From: a virus
Taxonomy: Duplodnaviria > Caudoviricetes
Length of the DNA: 50,521 nt
Direction: 5' to 3' (one strand)
Virus record (IMG/VR): IMGVR_UViG_3300020042_004377
Coordinates: 1 to 50,521 of that record
Made by a program: the position numbers and the translations under genes. How positions within the stretch are numbered: position 1 is the stretch's first letter; every line of letters begins with the position of its first letter. Below the pieces are notes generated by a model, which was given only the letters and a program-made list of their open reading frames with translations, was not told where the DNA came from and did not search any database. Shown here piece by piece: positions 1 through 8,025 of this stretch.

Positions 1-202
1 TACGCAGACCCTGTGGGTCGTCTACTGGAAACTCGCCCAAGTGCAATTGTGGCTGATCTGGGTCCCAACACTCCGGGCAAACCAAGAGGTCGTAGTTACG
101 CCCCTTGACGACTTCACGCTTCAAAAGCGTCAGCTTAAAGCGCTGGTCACAGCGATCACACTGGGAGATCGCATTTTTACCGGAGGCAAACCTGTTACCC
201 AT
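1..202 (-). CDS. Conserved phage virion-region protein with two CxxC motifs (partial, runs off window start)
   Basis: Manual translation from ATG at 202 (overlapping the previous stop): MGNRFASGKNAISQCDRCDQRFKL...LLVCPECWDPDQPQL...; open to the window edge; not in the ORF track. Confidence 0.75.
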   Translation of the reverse strand, partial: MGNRFASGKNAISQCDRCDQRFKLTLLKREVVKGRNYDLLVCPECWDPDQPQLHLGEFPVDDPQGLR

Positions 203-876
203 TACACAAGCCTTCCTTTAGTCATACCGCGTTGGGCAATCCCATCAGCACGGGAGGAAGCGCTAGAGACCTTGCCACCTTTTTTAAACGATGCTTCGCC
301 CAAGTCTACCCGCACAGGGCGGCTTTTTGCGCCAACAAAAGCACTCCCAACGCGACTTGGTAACGACAGTAGACCATTTGGTAAATCTACCGTATCTTTT
401 GCAAGTTTCTTTGTTTTCTCAAAAGTGCTAAGTTTTTCATAATCAGCCGACCGAGGAGCGCCTTCGCTAACTAAATCATCCTTAAAATCATAACTATCAT
501 GTGCTACAAGCCGTCCTTCTGGTGTTTTTTCATACCGGAAACGCCCAAGCGTATTACGCGCTGCATCAGAAGGTAAAGGGCTGTAATCTTTAACCGCCCG
601 ATCCGCGCTTTCTCCATAATCTTTGTAGTCTACCGTCGGGTCTAGTGCTCTGGGAACTTCTGTTATTTTCCCGTTTTTAAATATTTTTTTGGTTGGCGGT
701 TGGCGTTCTTTTGAGCGCATGACCGCATCACGCATTTGTTTTATTTCGGACGCGCTAAAGTTTTTTTCAGTAATTGGCGAGGTGTCACCACTTAACGTAC
801 CTACAAAAGTACGGATTTGAGACGGGATTACATAACTCCCGCTTTCTCCTGAAAATTTCTTAACCTGCTTTGACAT
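202..876 (-). CDS. Hypothetical late protein with C-terminal ADG tag
   Basis: ORF 202..957; likely start MSKQVKK at 876, coupled to the upstream stop; ends KKGGKVSSASSRADGIAQRGMTKGRLV. Confidence 0.75.
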   Translation of the reverse strand: MSKQVKKFSGESGSYVIPSQIRTFVGTLSGDTSPITEKNFSASEIKQMRDAVMRSKERQPPTKKIFKNGKITEVPRALDPTVDYKDYGESADRAVKDYSPLPSDAARNTLGRFRYEKTPEGRLVAHDSYDFKDDLVSEGAPRSADYEKLSTFEKTKKLAKDTVDLPNGLLSLPSRVGSAFVGAKSRPVRVDLGEASFKKGGKVSSASSRADGIAQRGMTKGRLV

Positions 877-1805
877 CAGGTACCACCAATGAACTGTTGC
901 CGTGGCACAAAGCGAATAGACGCTTTTTCTTGGTCTTCGCCAGCCGCTATCTGCCAAGCTTCGTCGTACTGGGCCTTCAACATGGGTATCCGCTCAAAAC
1001 CAGAAGGAATCTTTACAGCAATGTAGTACGACAGACCCGCCGCCATGCAGGGGATGAACCTGAACGGCACGTCCATGACGTTGACACCGCCACCTGCATC
1101 CTGAGTACGGCGCAGTCTCCAGTACACGAACTGATACGTCTGGGCATTGTCAGGAGTCGGCCAAACTGTGACCGCTGGAACTTGCGCCCAGTACACAGTT
1201 GTTCCAGAAGTGTGAGCCGCCGCAGTAGTGTTTTGCTGGCCACGGAAACAGTTAGACAGGGTATTGCCTGTTATATATCCGTAGTTGATGATCTCGCTGT
1301 CAATTTTAATGAAGCCAGATGCGGGTAAACCCGTAGCATTGCTCAACACAATATCGGTGGAAGACGAGGTAATTGTGGTGCTCAGAGTCGCGCTCACGGG
1401 CGAATTCTGACCGTTGAACCGCTGCACCCAGACTTGGATTGGGCGGGCTTGTTGAATTTTGTTGGGGATCGTAGCGTAGGTAGAAACACTAATACGGGTA
1501 ATGGTCAAATCGGCCTGCGTTGCCGCCACGTTCCCGCCCGTGCGAATCACATGCTCCAGCAGATCAATGGTGTCGTCTGGCAGTGCGTAGGTGTTTTGCC
1601 CTTGAACCAAGTCAATGATGCTTGACTCAAACGTCCACATATTGATGCCGCGACTGGCCCAATCTGCAAACATGATGTTGAGGCTGCGCCGCGCTGTACG
1701 CAAGTCGTAACCCGTTCGCATCTCCGAGCCAGCACGCTCGTAGGCTTCCTCAACCAATTCTGTTAGGTCAAGGTTAAATGTTGTTGCGCCAGAGGTGACT
1801 GCCAT
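876..1805 (-). CDS. Putative head-completion/head-tail adaptor protein (P22 gp4-like) with an inserted Thr/Ser-rich beta domain
   Basis: 309 aa; N-terminal ELVEEAYER..ARRSLN helix pattern and C-terminal VWPTPD..DVPFRFIPC..GLSYY resemble podovirus adaptors; located in the late arm. Confidence 0.6.
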   Translation of the reverse strand: MAVTSGATTFNLDLTELVEEAYERAGSEMRTGYDLRTARRSLNIMFADWASRGINMWTFESSIIDLVQGQNTYALPDDTIDLLEHVIRTGGNVAATQADLTITRISVSTYATIPNKIQQARPIQVWVQRFNGQNSPVSATLSTTITSSSTDIVLSNATGLPASGFIKIDSEIINYGYITGNTLSNCFRGQQNTTAAAHTSGTTVYWAQVPAVTVWPTPDNAQTYQFVYWRLRRTQDAGGGVNVMDVPFRFIPCMAAGLSYYIAVKIPSGFERIPMLKAQYDEAWQIAAGEDQEKASIRFVPRQQFIGGT

Positions 1806-2038
1806 TATCTAAACCCTGCTGTTTTCTTTGCAATGTTTTTTGGTTGCGCTACAAACTGTTTACCTGCCGCTTTACCTGCCCGTTTTGCTTTTGTAGTTGC
1901 AGCGTACTCCGCAGAGCTAAGACTTTTGATCGCAGCTTCTGGGAGATACCGCTCACCCGTTTTTGACGAAGGCTTTCCCGACTTGGTGCGCCACTTCTGA
2001 TCGCCCCAGTTTTTTAGGGAAGTCTGCGGCGGTTTCAA
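1805..2038 (-). CDS. Small basic protein, DUF5872-like C-terminal half
   Basis: SLKNWGDQKWRTKSGKPS..TGERYLP motif; very Lys-rich; translationally coupled. Confidence 0.65.
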   Translation of the reverse strand: MKPPQTSLKNWGDQKWRTKSGKPSSKTGERYLPEAAIKSLSSAEYAATTKAKRAGKAAGKQFVAQPKNIAKKTAGFR

Positions 2039-2325
2039 TCTCTGTATCCCCCACCTGCGGCTTTATAGCGTTTAGCCATTACTTGCGCTTTTCTCGCGCT
2101 CCATTGCCCTGCACCTGTACCAACAATTGCCGCAGCTTTGACGCTGTTAAAAATCCGTTTGCGTAAATTAGGCTTGGTGTAGTTACCCGCTGCGTTTACT
2201 TTGGATTTTGTTTTGCCGCCCTCTTTGTATACCTCGACATCATTCGGGTTGTCCTTGCGAACAACCTTCTTGCCTTTGGGCATTTTGGATGGGCTGATGT
2301 TGCCCATCCCACGGCTTGCCATCAT
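2035..2325 (-). CDS. Small basic protein, DUF5872-like N-terminal half
   Basis: Likely start MMASRGMG at 2325 (ATGA overlap); NYTKPNLRKRI..GQWSARKAQ..YKAAGGGY motif. Confidence 0.65.
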   Translation of the reverse strand: MMASRGMGNISPSKMPKGKKVVRKDNPNDVEVYKEGGKTKSKVNAAGNYTKPNLRKRIFNSVKAAAIVGTGAGQWSARKAQVMAKRYKAAGGGYRD

Positions 2326-2774
2326 TGGATAATTGTCCCACGGGTTTTGCCACGCTGGGCGCAACCATCAGCACGGCTTGATGCGGTACCACCCTTGGCG
2401 TACTTTTGATCCGGGGTTTCTCTGGTGTACTTCTCATCATCCAAAATATTTTTAGCGGCTTCCCGCGCTCTGTCAGTACCAGATTTTTCAATACCACGGG
2501 TTTCACGCTTTACTTCAGCATCGGCTTCACGCGCAGCTTTTGAACCCATCTCTTTACGTGCGGCTGCTTCCGTATCTAAATCGCCTCTAACCGCACGGAT
2601 TGCGTTAGATACAGCCGCGCCGGGACCAGAATAGGTTCCAGCAGACATATCATATTTATCTAATCCTTTTGCGCGGGCACTTGCCGCCATTGGGGAATCC
2701 CCTTTTACCTCATCATCTTCACTAGATAAACCTAACGTGCGAATGCGGTTTTTGATTGCGTTTAGAGTTGCCAT
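2322..2774 (-). CDS. Hypothetical late protein with C-terminal ADG tag
   Basis: 150 aa; GAGG RBS upstream; ends YAKGGTASSRADGCAQRGKTRGTIIQ. Confidence 0.75.
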   Translation of the reverse strand: MATLNAIKNRIRTLGLSSEDDEVKGDSPMAASARAKGLDKYDMSAGTYSGPGAAVSNAIRAVRGDLDTEAAARKEMGSKAAREADAEVKRETRGIEKSGTDRAREAAKNILDDEKYTRETPDQKYAKGGTASSRADGCAQRGKTRGTIIQ

Positions 2775-2782
2775 GATTCACC

Positions 2783-3736
2783 TCAATAGATTTTGTACTT
2801 GGTTTTACCACGAGTGGCAATACCGTCAGCACGTTTAGAAGCCGAAGACATGCCACCACTGGCCATCTTTTTGGTTTTGACGCTACCACCTTTTTTCTTC
2901 AGGGTGAAGTCTTTACCACCAAGGCTGCTACGAACAGCGGCGGCTTGAGCGGCAAATGCGGGATCAGAAGGGTCGAGGTTGTAACGGGCAGCGTTTTCTT
3001 CCAGCATACCTCTCTCACGAGCGGCGGCACGAGCGGCGCGGTCACGAGCAACCAAATCAGCCTTGGACGGCCCTGAGATTTGGCGGGTCGGGTTGTTGGC
3101 CAAAGCCTTCTGCTCTGCCATCTCCAACGCTTTGCGCTCAGACATTCCCAACGCTTTAGGCCCAGCAAACTTGGCCAACGCCGTACCCGCAGAGCCAGCA
3201 GCTTTTGCAAACCTACCTATAGGTATAAAGTCACCCGTCATATTTTCAGCAGCTTGGCCTTCAATTGCAGCCTGCCGTGCTGCTCTGGCTTGAGGGGTAG
3301 CGGCTTGCCGTTGTGCGGCCTCATACTGCTGTTGCCGATAGGCTGCTGCTTCACCAAAACCCGGACCTCTACCACCAGCGGAATTATTCATTCCAGCAGA
3401 AGGACGAGCGGCTGGACGCACAGGGGCACGAGCGGCTGGACGCGCAGGGGCACGAGCGGCTGAACGAACGGGCGCGGGACCACCATACCCAAAGCTACCA
3501 GCGTCCAATCCTGATGGCCCTATGTCGGCCATTGCCTCAGTCTGGTCTACAGGGTCTCCAAACTCACGGTCGTTCAACGCGTTAATGGTTGGATTACCCA
3601 TAGCCGCATCGGGGTCAACCCCGGTGGTCTGCGGCCCAGCGGTCTGCGTTTCTGTTTTTAAATTTTTTCCGGGGCGCAGATGGTATGCCAATGCGCCAAG
3701 CGCAGCCAATCCGGCTAAATCTCGTGCTCGTGCCAT
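2783..3736 (-). CDS. Ala/Arg-rich low-complexity late protein with C-terminal ADG tag
   Basis: 317 aa; AAAGGAG RBS; ends MASGGMSSASKRADGIATRGKTKYKIY. Confidence 0.75.
   Translation of the reverse strand: MARARDLAGLAALGALAYHLRPGKNLKTETQTAGPQTTGVDPDAAMGNPTINALNDREFGDPVDQTEAMADIGPSGLDAGSFGYGGPAPVRSAARAPARPAARAPVRPAARPSAGMNNSAGGRGPGFGEAAAYRQQQYEAAQRQAATPQARAARQAAIEGQAAENMTGDFIPIGRFAKAAGSAGTALAKFAGPKALGMSERKALEMAEQKALANNPTRQISGPSKADLVARDRAARAAARERGMLEENAARYNLDPSDPAFAAQAAAVRSSLGGKDFTLKKKGGSVKTKKMASGGMSSASKRADGIATRGKTKYKIY
3404..3476. repeat. In-frame 24-bp tandem repeat (about 3 imperfect copies) encoding APxRPAAR
   Basis: acgagcggctggacgc(a/g)caggggc repeated; protein reads APVRSAARAPARPAARAPVRPAAR. 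Confidence 0.8.
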
Positions 3737-3748
3737 GTCAGGCTCCTT

Positions 3749-4300
3749 TTAGCAGGCCGTGCCGCCCTTTTTCAACAACTTGCCTTTGGTCTTGCCTTTG
3801 ACAGCAATACCATCAGCCCTTGAGGATGCAGAACCGCCTTTAGCATAGGCCATACCGCCGCCCATCATTTTTTTAGCACTGCCGCCGTGTTTCATTGCGC
3901 CTTTACCGTCAGCAGCAAAAGCTGGCATTTTTTTACCATCTTTCATTACCATAGCCATACCGCCCTTTTTCATGGCTGAATCTTTCATCATCTTGCCGTC
4001 AGGCATCTTGTGCATACCATCTTTTTTCTTAGCCATCATGGCCATCATGCCGGGGTTCATTTTTGAAGCCATAGTATCACCACCTTTTTTAAAAAGACTT
4101 GAATCACCATGATCGGTTTTTGGTTTGTTGATGCCTTGCCGATCTACTCTTGTTCTGTCGCCCTTGCCAAACGACATACCTTTGCTCTTGTCACTGAACT
4201 CAGCGCCAACAGATTGGGGTACACCCACTTTCTTGGCAAACCCTTTGTTGTGGGCTACCGCGTCCATGAACCGCTTTTGCTTTTCACTCGTTGCTGGCAT
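3749..4300 (-). CDS. Met/Lys/Gly-rich basic late protein with several KKGG repeats and the ADG tag
   Basis: Likely start MPATSEKQKRFM at 4300; KKGG/KHGG/AKGG repeats; SASSRADGIAVKGKTKG near the C-terminus. Confidence 0.75.
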   Translation of the reverse strand: MPATSEKQKRFMDAVAHNKGFAKKVGVPQSVGAEFSDKSKGMSFGKGDRTRVDRQGINKPKTDHGDSSLFKKGGDTMASKMNPGMMAMMAKKKDGMHKMPDGKMMKDSAMKKGGMAMVMKDGKKMPAFAADGKGAMKHGGSAKKMMGGGMAYAKGGSASSRADGIAVKGKTKGKLLKKGGTAC

Positions 4301-4484
4301 CGTTTTTTCCTTTACGGCCAACCCAACCTTGGACAGTTTTGGTTTCCCAAATGCGGATAACAGTCCAAATGATTGTGAACACTGCGGCTACAGAAGGCAA
4401 CATATCAATGAGAGTTCCCACAACCGTAACAAACGACAGCGCGTCAATGACGTATTTTGCGGTCTCGTGTGTGGTATCTGTCAT
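4284..4484 (-). CDS. Small membrane protein, putative holin
   Basis: From MTDTTHE (4484), 66 aa; hydrophobic stretch ALSFVTVVGTLIDMLPSVAAVFTIIWTVIRIW with a basic C-tail. Confidence 0.5.
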   Translation of the reverse strand: MTDTTHETAKYVIDALSFVTVVGTLIDMLPSVAAVFTIIWTVIRIWETKTVQGWVGRKGKNDASNE

Positions 4485-4485
4485 G

Positions 4486-4809
4486 TCAGTACATCTTTCC
4501 ACGGGTCTTACCCCGTTGGGCCATACCGTCTGCCGAATTAACATACCCACCCTCAGCGCAATTCCAAGCCCGTAGGCTCTTGTTAATCCGGCTGTTTGGG
4601 TCGTTGGCTGTCTTCTCGGATGTGAGTTTCTTCTTCATCCCAGTCATCCTTGCACAGAAAGAGTCGCGCCTGCTGCCGCCCTCGGGCTGCGGGGCTTTTA
4701 ACCCCGGCTTGCCCGGATTGGCTGCATTGTAGGAAGCCCGGCCTTTGGCGTTCAAGCCACCTTTCTCCGATTTGCCTTCCTTGCGTGTCCATGCAGGGGA
4801 CTTAGCCAT
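4486..4809 (-). CDS. Conserved basic phage protein (DUF6321-like) extended by an ADG tag
   Basis: AWTRKEGK..GGLNAKGRASYN..RRDSFCARM..SRINKSLRAWNC followed by AEGGYVNSADGMAQRGKTRG. Confidence 0.65.
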   Translation of the reverse strand: MAKSPAWTRKEGKSEKGGLNAKGRASYNAANPGKPGLKAPQPEGGSRRDSFCARMTGMKKKLTSEKTANDPNSRINKSLRAWNCAEGGYVNSADGMAQRGKTRGKMY

Positions 4810-5083
4810 AAAACACCACTGCGGTGGTAGTTGCAGATATCACTGCGGAGATGTTGGTACTACATTTAATACCTTCTCCGGGAAACATTATGTAGGTAGA
4901 CCCCGCTGCCGCTGGCGCAGTGAATGAAAACATAGCTGTGCCGCCTGTGCCATCATTCAACACGACTGTTGCGCCCGTTGAAAAGCTGATGGATACGCCC
5001 TTGATGCGGGCTGGACCCGCAAAAATAGTAGTGGTCGCGCCAGCAGCGCCAACTGCTGACTTAACGTCTGTTTGCATTGCCAT
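4802..5083 (-). CDS. Small beta-rich putative virion protein
   Basis: 93 aa rich in Ala/Thr/Gly; AGGAG RBS; downstream of capsid genes. Confidence 0.65.
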   Translation of the reverse strand: MAMQTDVKSAVGAAGATTTIFAGPARIKGVSISFSTGATVVLNDGTGGTAMFSFTAPAAAGSTYIMFPGEGIKCSTNISAVISATTTAVVFYG

Positions 5084-5102
5084 AATTAATCTCCTGTGAA
5101 GC

Positions 5103-5118
5103 GGGGGCCGAAGCCCCC
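5103..5118 (-). other. GC-rich intergenic hairpin (GGGGGC-TTCG-GCCCCC on the minus strand)
   Basis: Stem with UUCG loop between 5127 and 5083; weak U-tract, so a stabiliser or attenuator rather than a clear terminator. Confidence 0.5.
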
Positions 5119-5126
5119 ATGATTAA

Positions 5127-5633
5127 TTACTGTTGTGTGCTAGTTGGGTTGGCAGAACCGTCAGAGTCACGGACAGTGTATGTAACTGACACAACAATTG
5201 ATCCTGCGGTTGCATCAGCTGTAGCCGCTGTAAACGTGCCAAAGATGATTGCATCAGTTGTTCCTACATTGTTAGTCTTAGACGCAACAGTAGCCGCAGC
5301 AATCGTTGCAGGAGAGACTTGAACCACTGATGTTCCAGTGTTCAGCGTAGTCATATAAAAGTTAGAGGTTCCAGAGGTTCCAATAACAACGCCGCAATTA
5401 CTAGCGCCAGTTAAAGCAGTAATTACGTAAATATCAAACCGCATAATTTGTGCGCCAGCAGGCAGAGTAAACATCTGTACTGCGGTGGGAGACGCCAAAA
5501 TAGTGGCTGTGGCTGCGGTGTACGACTGAGAAACAATCGTTGCGCCCAAATTACGAATGGTGCCAGCAGTGGTTCCAGTTGTGTTTTTAACAGTGCCCAA
5601 CAACCAAGGGCCTAAGTGAGTTGCGAATCCCAT
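5127..5633 (-). CDS. Putative capsid decoration/minor structural protein
   Basis: 168 aa, Thr/Ala-rich beta composition; gene directly after the major capsid gene. Confidence 0.6.
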   Translation of the reverse strand: MGFATHLGPWLLGTVKNTTGTTAGTIRNLGATIVSQSYTAATATILASPTAVQMFTLPAGAQIMRFDIYVITALTGASNCGVVIGTSGTSNFYMTTLNTGTSVVQVSPATIAAATVASKTNNVGTTDAIIFGTFTAATADATAGSIVVSVTYTVRDSDGSANPTSTQQ

Positions 5634-5644
5634 GTTTAATTCTC

Positions 5645-5712
5645 CATGCGTTGTAGCGTATCAATCTGCATGAGGTCAGCCGGGACTGTTTGATACACCG
5701 GTTTTCCCGGAA
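5645..5712 (-). ncRNA. Pseudoknotted RNA element downstream of the Mu-gpT-like capsid gene (candidate Mu-gpT-DE motif)
   Basis: Three crossing helices: 5705-10/5680-85, 5690-96/5658-64 and 5668-72/5645-49; position matches my recollection of the Mu-gpT downstream element. Confidence 0.5.
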
Positions 5713-5719
5713 TGAATGC

Positions 5720-5748
5720 AATATACACCAAAAGAAAGGGGGGCACAA
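5720..5748 (-). promoter_or_regulatory. Putative sigma70 promoter overlapping the capsid terminator
   Basis: TTGTGC-17 bp-TATATT on the minus strand. Confidence 0.45.
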
Positions 5749-5756
5749 GGCCCCCC
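5730..5756 (-). terminator. Intrinsic terminator after the major capsid gene
   Basis: Minus strand GGGGGGC-CTTGT-GCCCCCC followed by TTTCTTTT. Confidence 0.8.
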
Positions 5757-5762
5757 ATTTCA

Positions 5763-6674
5763 TCAGGCCGAGCCCGGAGAGCCGAAGACTCCCAAGGGAT
5801 CAGACCAGCCGAAGCTATAACGCTCACGAGCCTTGTAACGGACGTTGCCGGTATCAAAGTCGCCGTCCATGCTATTAGCAAGGGGTGAACGAACAAAATG
5901 CTTCAGACCATTGGGCACATCAGTCGTCAGGTACCAGCCGGTCGTATCGGTCAGGTAGTGGTTGACGCAGTAACCTTCAGGGATGGAGCCGTTGTTCTTC
6001 AGTGCGTTGATATCGTTGTCAGTGGTTCCAACGCGGAGGCTGGTTTCCAACAAACGGGTAGCAACAAACATCAGTGCCGGGGGCACGATCAACTTGCGAG
6101 GCTTGGCAGCGATCAACAATCCACGCTCGTCAGTCCAAGCAGCGATCTGAATAACGGCGGCTTCCAAAGAAGTCTCGTTTAAATCGGCTGCGGTAGAAGG
6201 ACGGTTGGAGTTGGTTCCGCCAGAGACCAAGGGGTGAGCGGTGCTGAACAGAGCAACACCGTCACCACCAGCATAAGCCGCTGAGAAACCGTTGTTGATG
6301 ACAGCAGCACTTTTAACCTGCTTGGTGTACGACATAGCACGAGCCAGACCTTTGGTGTAGCGAGCAGACAGGCTGTCGTACAAGTTATCTTCAATCGCTT
6401 CTTCAGTGATTGAGAAACCCAAGGCAATGGTTTCGTGGTTGTAACGAGTCGTCCATGCTTCTTGTGCATTGTCATAAGCGATGGCAGAACCTTCGTTTTT
6501 AACAGGGGCAGCAGAGAAACCAGACAGTTTCGTTTCTTCTTCAAAAGAACGCTCAGAGGTTTCGGTTTCATAAATTTCTTTATGTTCCTCACCATAACGG
6601 GCGTACTCCATGCCAAACAAAGCGTTCAGGCCGGGAAGAAGTTCTTTAAGTAGTTGTGCGCGTGAAATAGCCAT
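5763..6674 (-). CDS. Major capsid protein (Mu gpT-like, HK97 fold)
   Basis: 303 aa; MAISRAQLLKELLPGLNALFG N-terminus, KPRKLIVPPAL, C-terminal YKARERYSFGWSDP; follows the scaffold; strong terminator downstream. Confidence 0.88.
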   Translation of the reverse strand: MAISRAQLLKELLPGLNALFGMEYARYGEEHKEIYETETSERSFEEETKLSGFSAAPVKNEGSAIAYDNAQEAWTTRYNHETIALGFSITEEAIEDNLYDSLSARYTKGLARAMSYTKQVKSAAVINNGFSAAYAGGDGVALFSTAHPLVSGGTNSNRPSTAADLNETSLEAAVIQIAAWTDERGLLIAAKPRKLIVPPALMFVATRLLETSLRVGTTDNDINALKNNGSIPEGYCVNHYLTDTTGWYLTTDVPNGLKHFVRSPLANSMDGDFDTGNVRYKARERYSFGWSDPLGVFGSPGSA

Positions 6675-6686
6675 TATTTATGCTCC

Positions 6687-7529
6687 TTATGCGCCAGTGG
6701 CAGAGTAGTAACCGTGCAGTGCTTGGTTAAATTTAACCAATACTTCGGGAAACTGAGTGAACACTATAGTGGAAGAAGCAGGAATTGCTACAACACTACC
6801 CGGCACGGCAATCGCAGCGTTAATCGTAACTGACGTTGCAGCGGCTGCCGCAGCGGTGGTTACAAAAGAACCTGTTTGAATGATTTGCCCATTTGCTGCA
6901 ACGTAAGCTACATCTGTTCCAACAGGGATTGCGCTAGGCAAGCCAGAACCAGTTAAGGTAATAGTTGTAGAAGATGAAGAGCCAGTGGCAGATACAGTGA
7001 TAGCAGACTCTTGTACCAAGCCAACCAAACGCAAAGGTAAGGTGGTTGTTACGGGAGTTGCTGAAGGAGCTAAAACTGCGTTAGCAGAATTACCAGTGGT
7101 GGTGCTACCCGTATTGTTAATGGCAGATAGGTTGGTACCAATCATAGCCATAGCAGCGGAAGCAACAGCAGTAGTAGCGGAACATACAACAGCCTTGAAC
7201 ACAGCATCAGGGTCGTCCAATACATAGGCTTGGCAGTCACCTGCGAGGGTGCTTGCAGGCCAGTATTGAGCAAATTGCTTTTGCTTGTTTAGCGGGTTTG
7301 TATAAGTACATCCCAAGAAAATACCAACCGTTTGGTTTAAACCAGTGCCAGTAGAAACTGAGGCACGAGTTACAGAACCACGCGATAGTACGACAAAGTC
7401 ACCATAAAAGATGTCGGTCGCATAACCGTACTGGATAGGGTACATACGGGTAGAACCCGCAAATACTTGACCACCAATTAGGTTCTGCGGCAACAGCCCA
7501 TACGGAGCTGATACAACGGGATAAGCCAT
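6687..7529 (-). CDS. Putative capsid stabilisation/cement protein
   Basis: 280 aa; APYGLLP..IFYGD..GIFLGCTYT..VLDDPDAVF pattern; immediately upstream of the major capsid gene. Confidence 0.6.
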   Translation of the reverse strand: MAYPVVSAPYGLLPQNLIGGQVFAGSTRMYPIQYGYATDIFYGDFVVLSRGSVTRASVSTGTGLNQTVGIFLGCTYTNPLNKQKQFAQYWPASTLAGDCQAYVLDDPDAVFKAVVCSATTAVASAAMAMIGTNLSAINNTGSTTTGNSANAVLAPSATPVTTTLPLRLVGLVQESAITVSATGSSSSTTITLTGSGLPSAIPVGTDVAYVAANGQIIQTGSFVTTAAAAAATSVTINAAIAVPGSVVAIPASSTIVFTQFPEVLVKFNQALHGYYSATGA

Positions 7530-7548
7530 TTAAGACTCCTTTTAAAAG

Positions 7549-8025
7549 TTAAGTTCCAGAACCAAAAGTCACTTGAGATTTTCTCTCAGCAAACTTTCGC
7601 ATCCGAGGATCATTTTCCTGCATGTACGTGTTGTCCACAGAGTCCATCTGAGCTTTGTTTTGTTTAGCAAAATGGGTATCTCGCTGAACCATAAACTCGG
7701 CTGGCGCTCTACAAAGCAACAGTCCACCTACTTCAATACCACCTTTAAAGCGGCCTTCAGTAGTAGCGTGCATCATCATTTCAGGATATTCGTCCGCTTT
7801 CACGGGTTCAAATCCCTCTCGCAACTTTGAAGAGATATTGCTTGGATCACTAGCACCTAGTGTTGAAATACGTATCCAACGATGCGCCCATCCTGGCCGT
7901 TCATCAGGAGACGGTAAAGCCTCCGGGGGTCTCCAAACAGCGGGTCGTTGGACTGCTGCACGGGTTTCCAATTCACGAGCAAGACGGTTTTGTGCTTTAT
8001 CAGCACTCTTAGTTTCATCCATCAT
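7549..8025 (-). CDS. Conserved head-module hypothetical protein
   Basis: 158 aa; HRWIR..NISSKLREGFEPV..IEVGGLLLC; between scaffold and capsid genes. Confidence 0.7.
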   Translation of the reverse strand: MMDETKSADKAQNRLARELETRAAVQRPAVWRPPEALPSPDERPGWAHRWIRISTLGASDPSNISSKLREGFEPVKADEYPEMMMHATTEGRFKGGIEVGGLLLCRAPAEFMVQRDTHFAKQNKAQMDSVDNTYMQENDPRMRKFAERKSQVTFGSGT

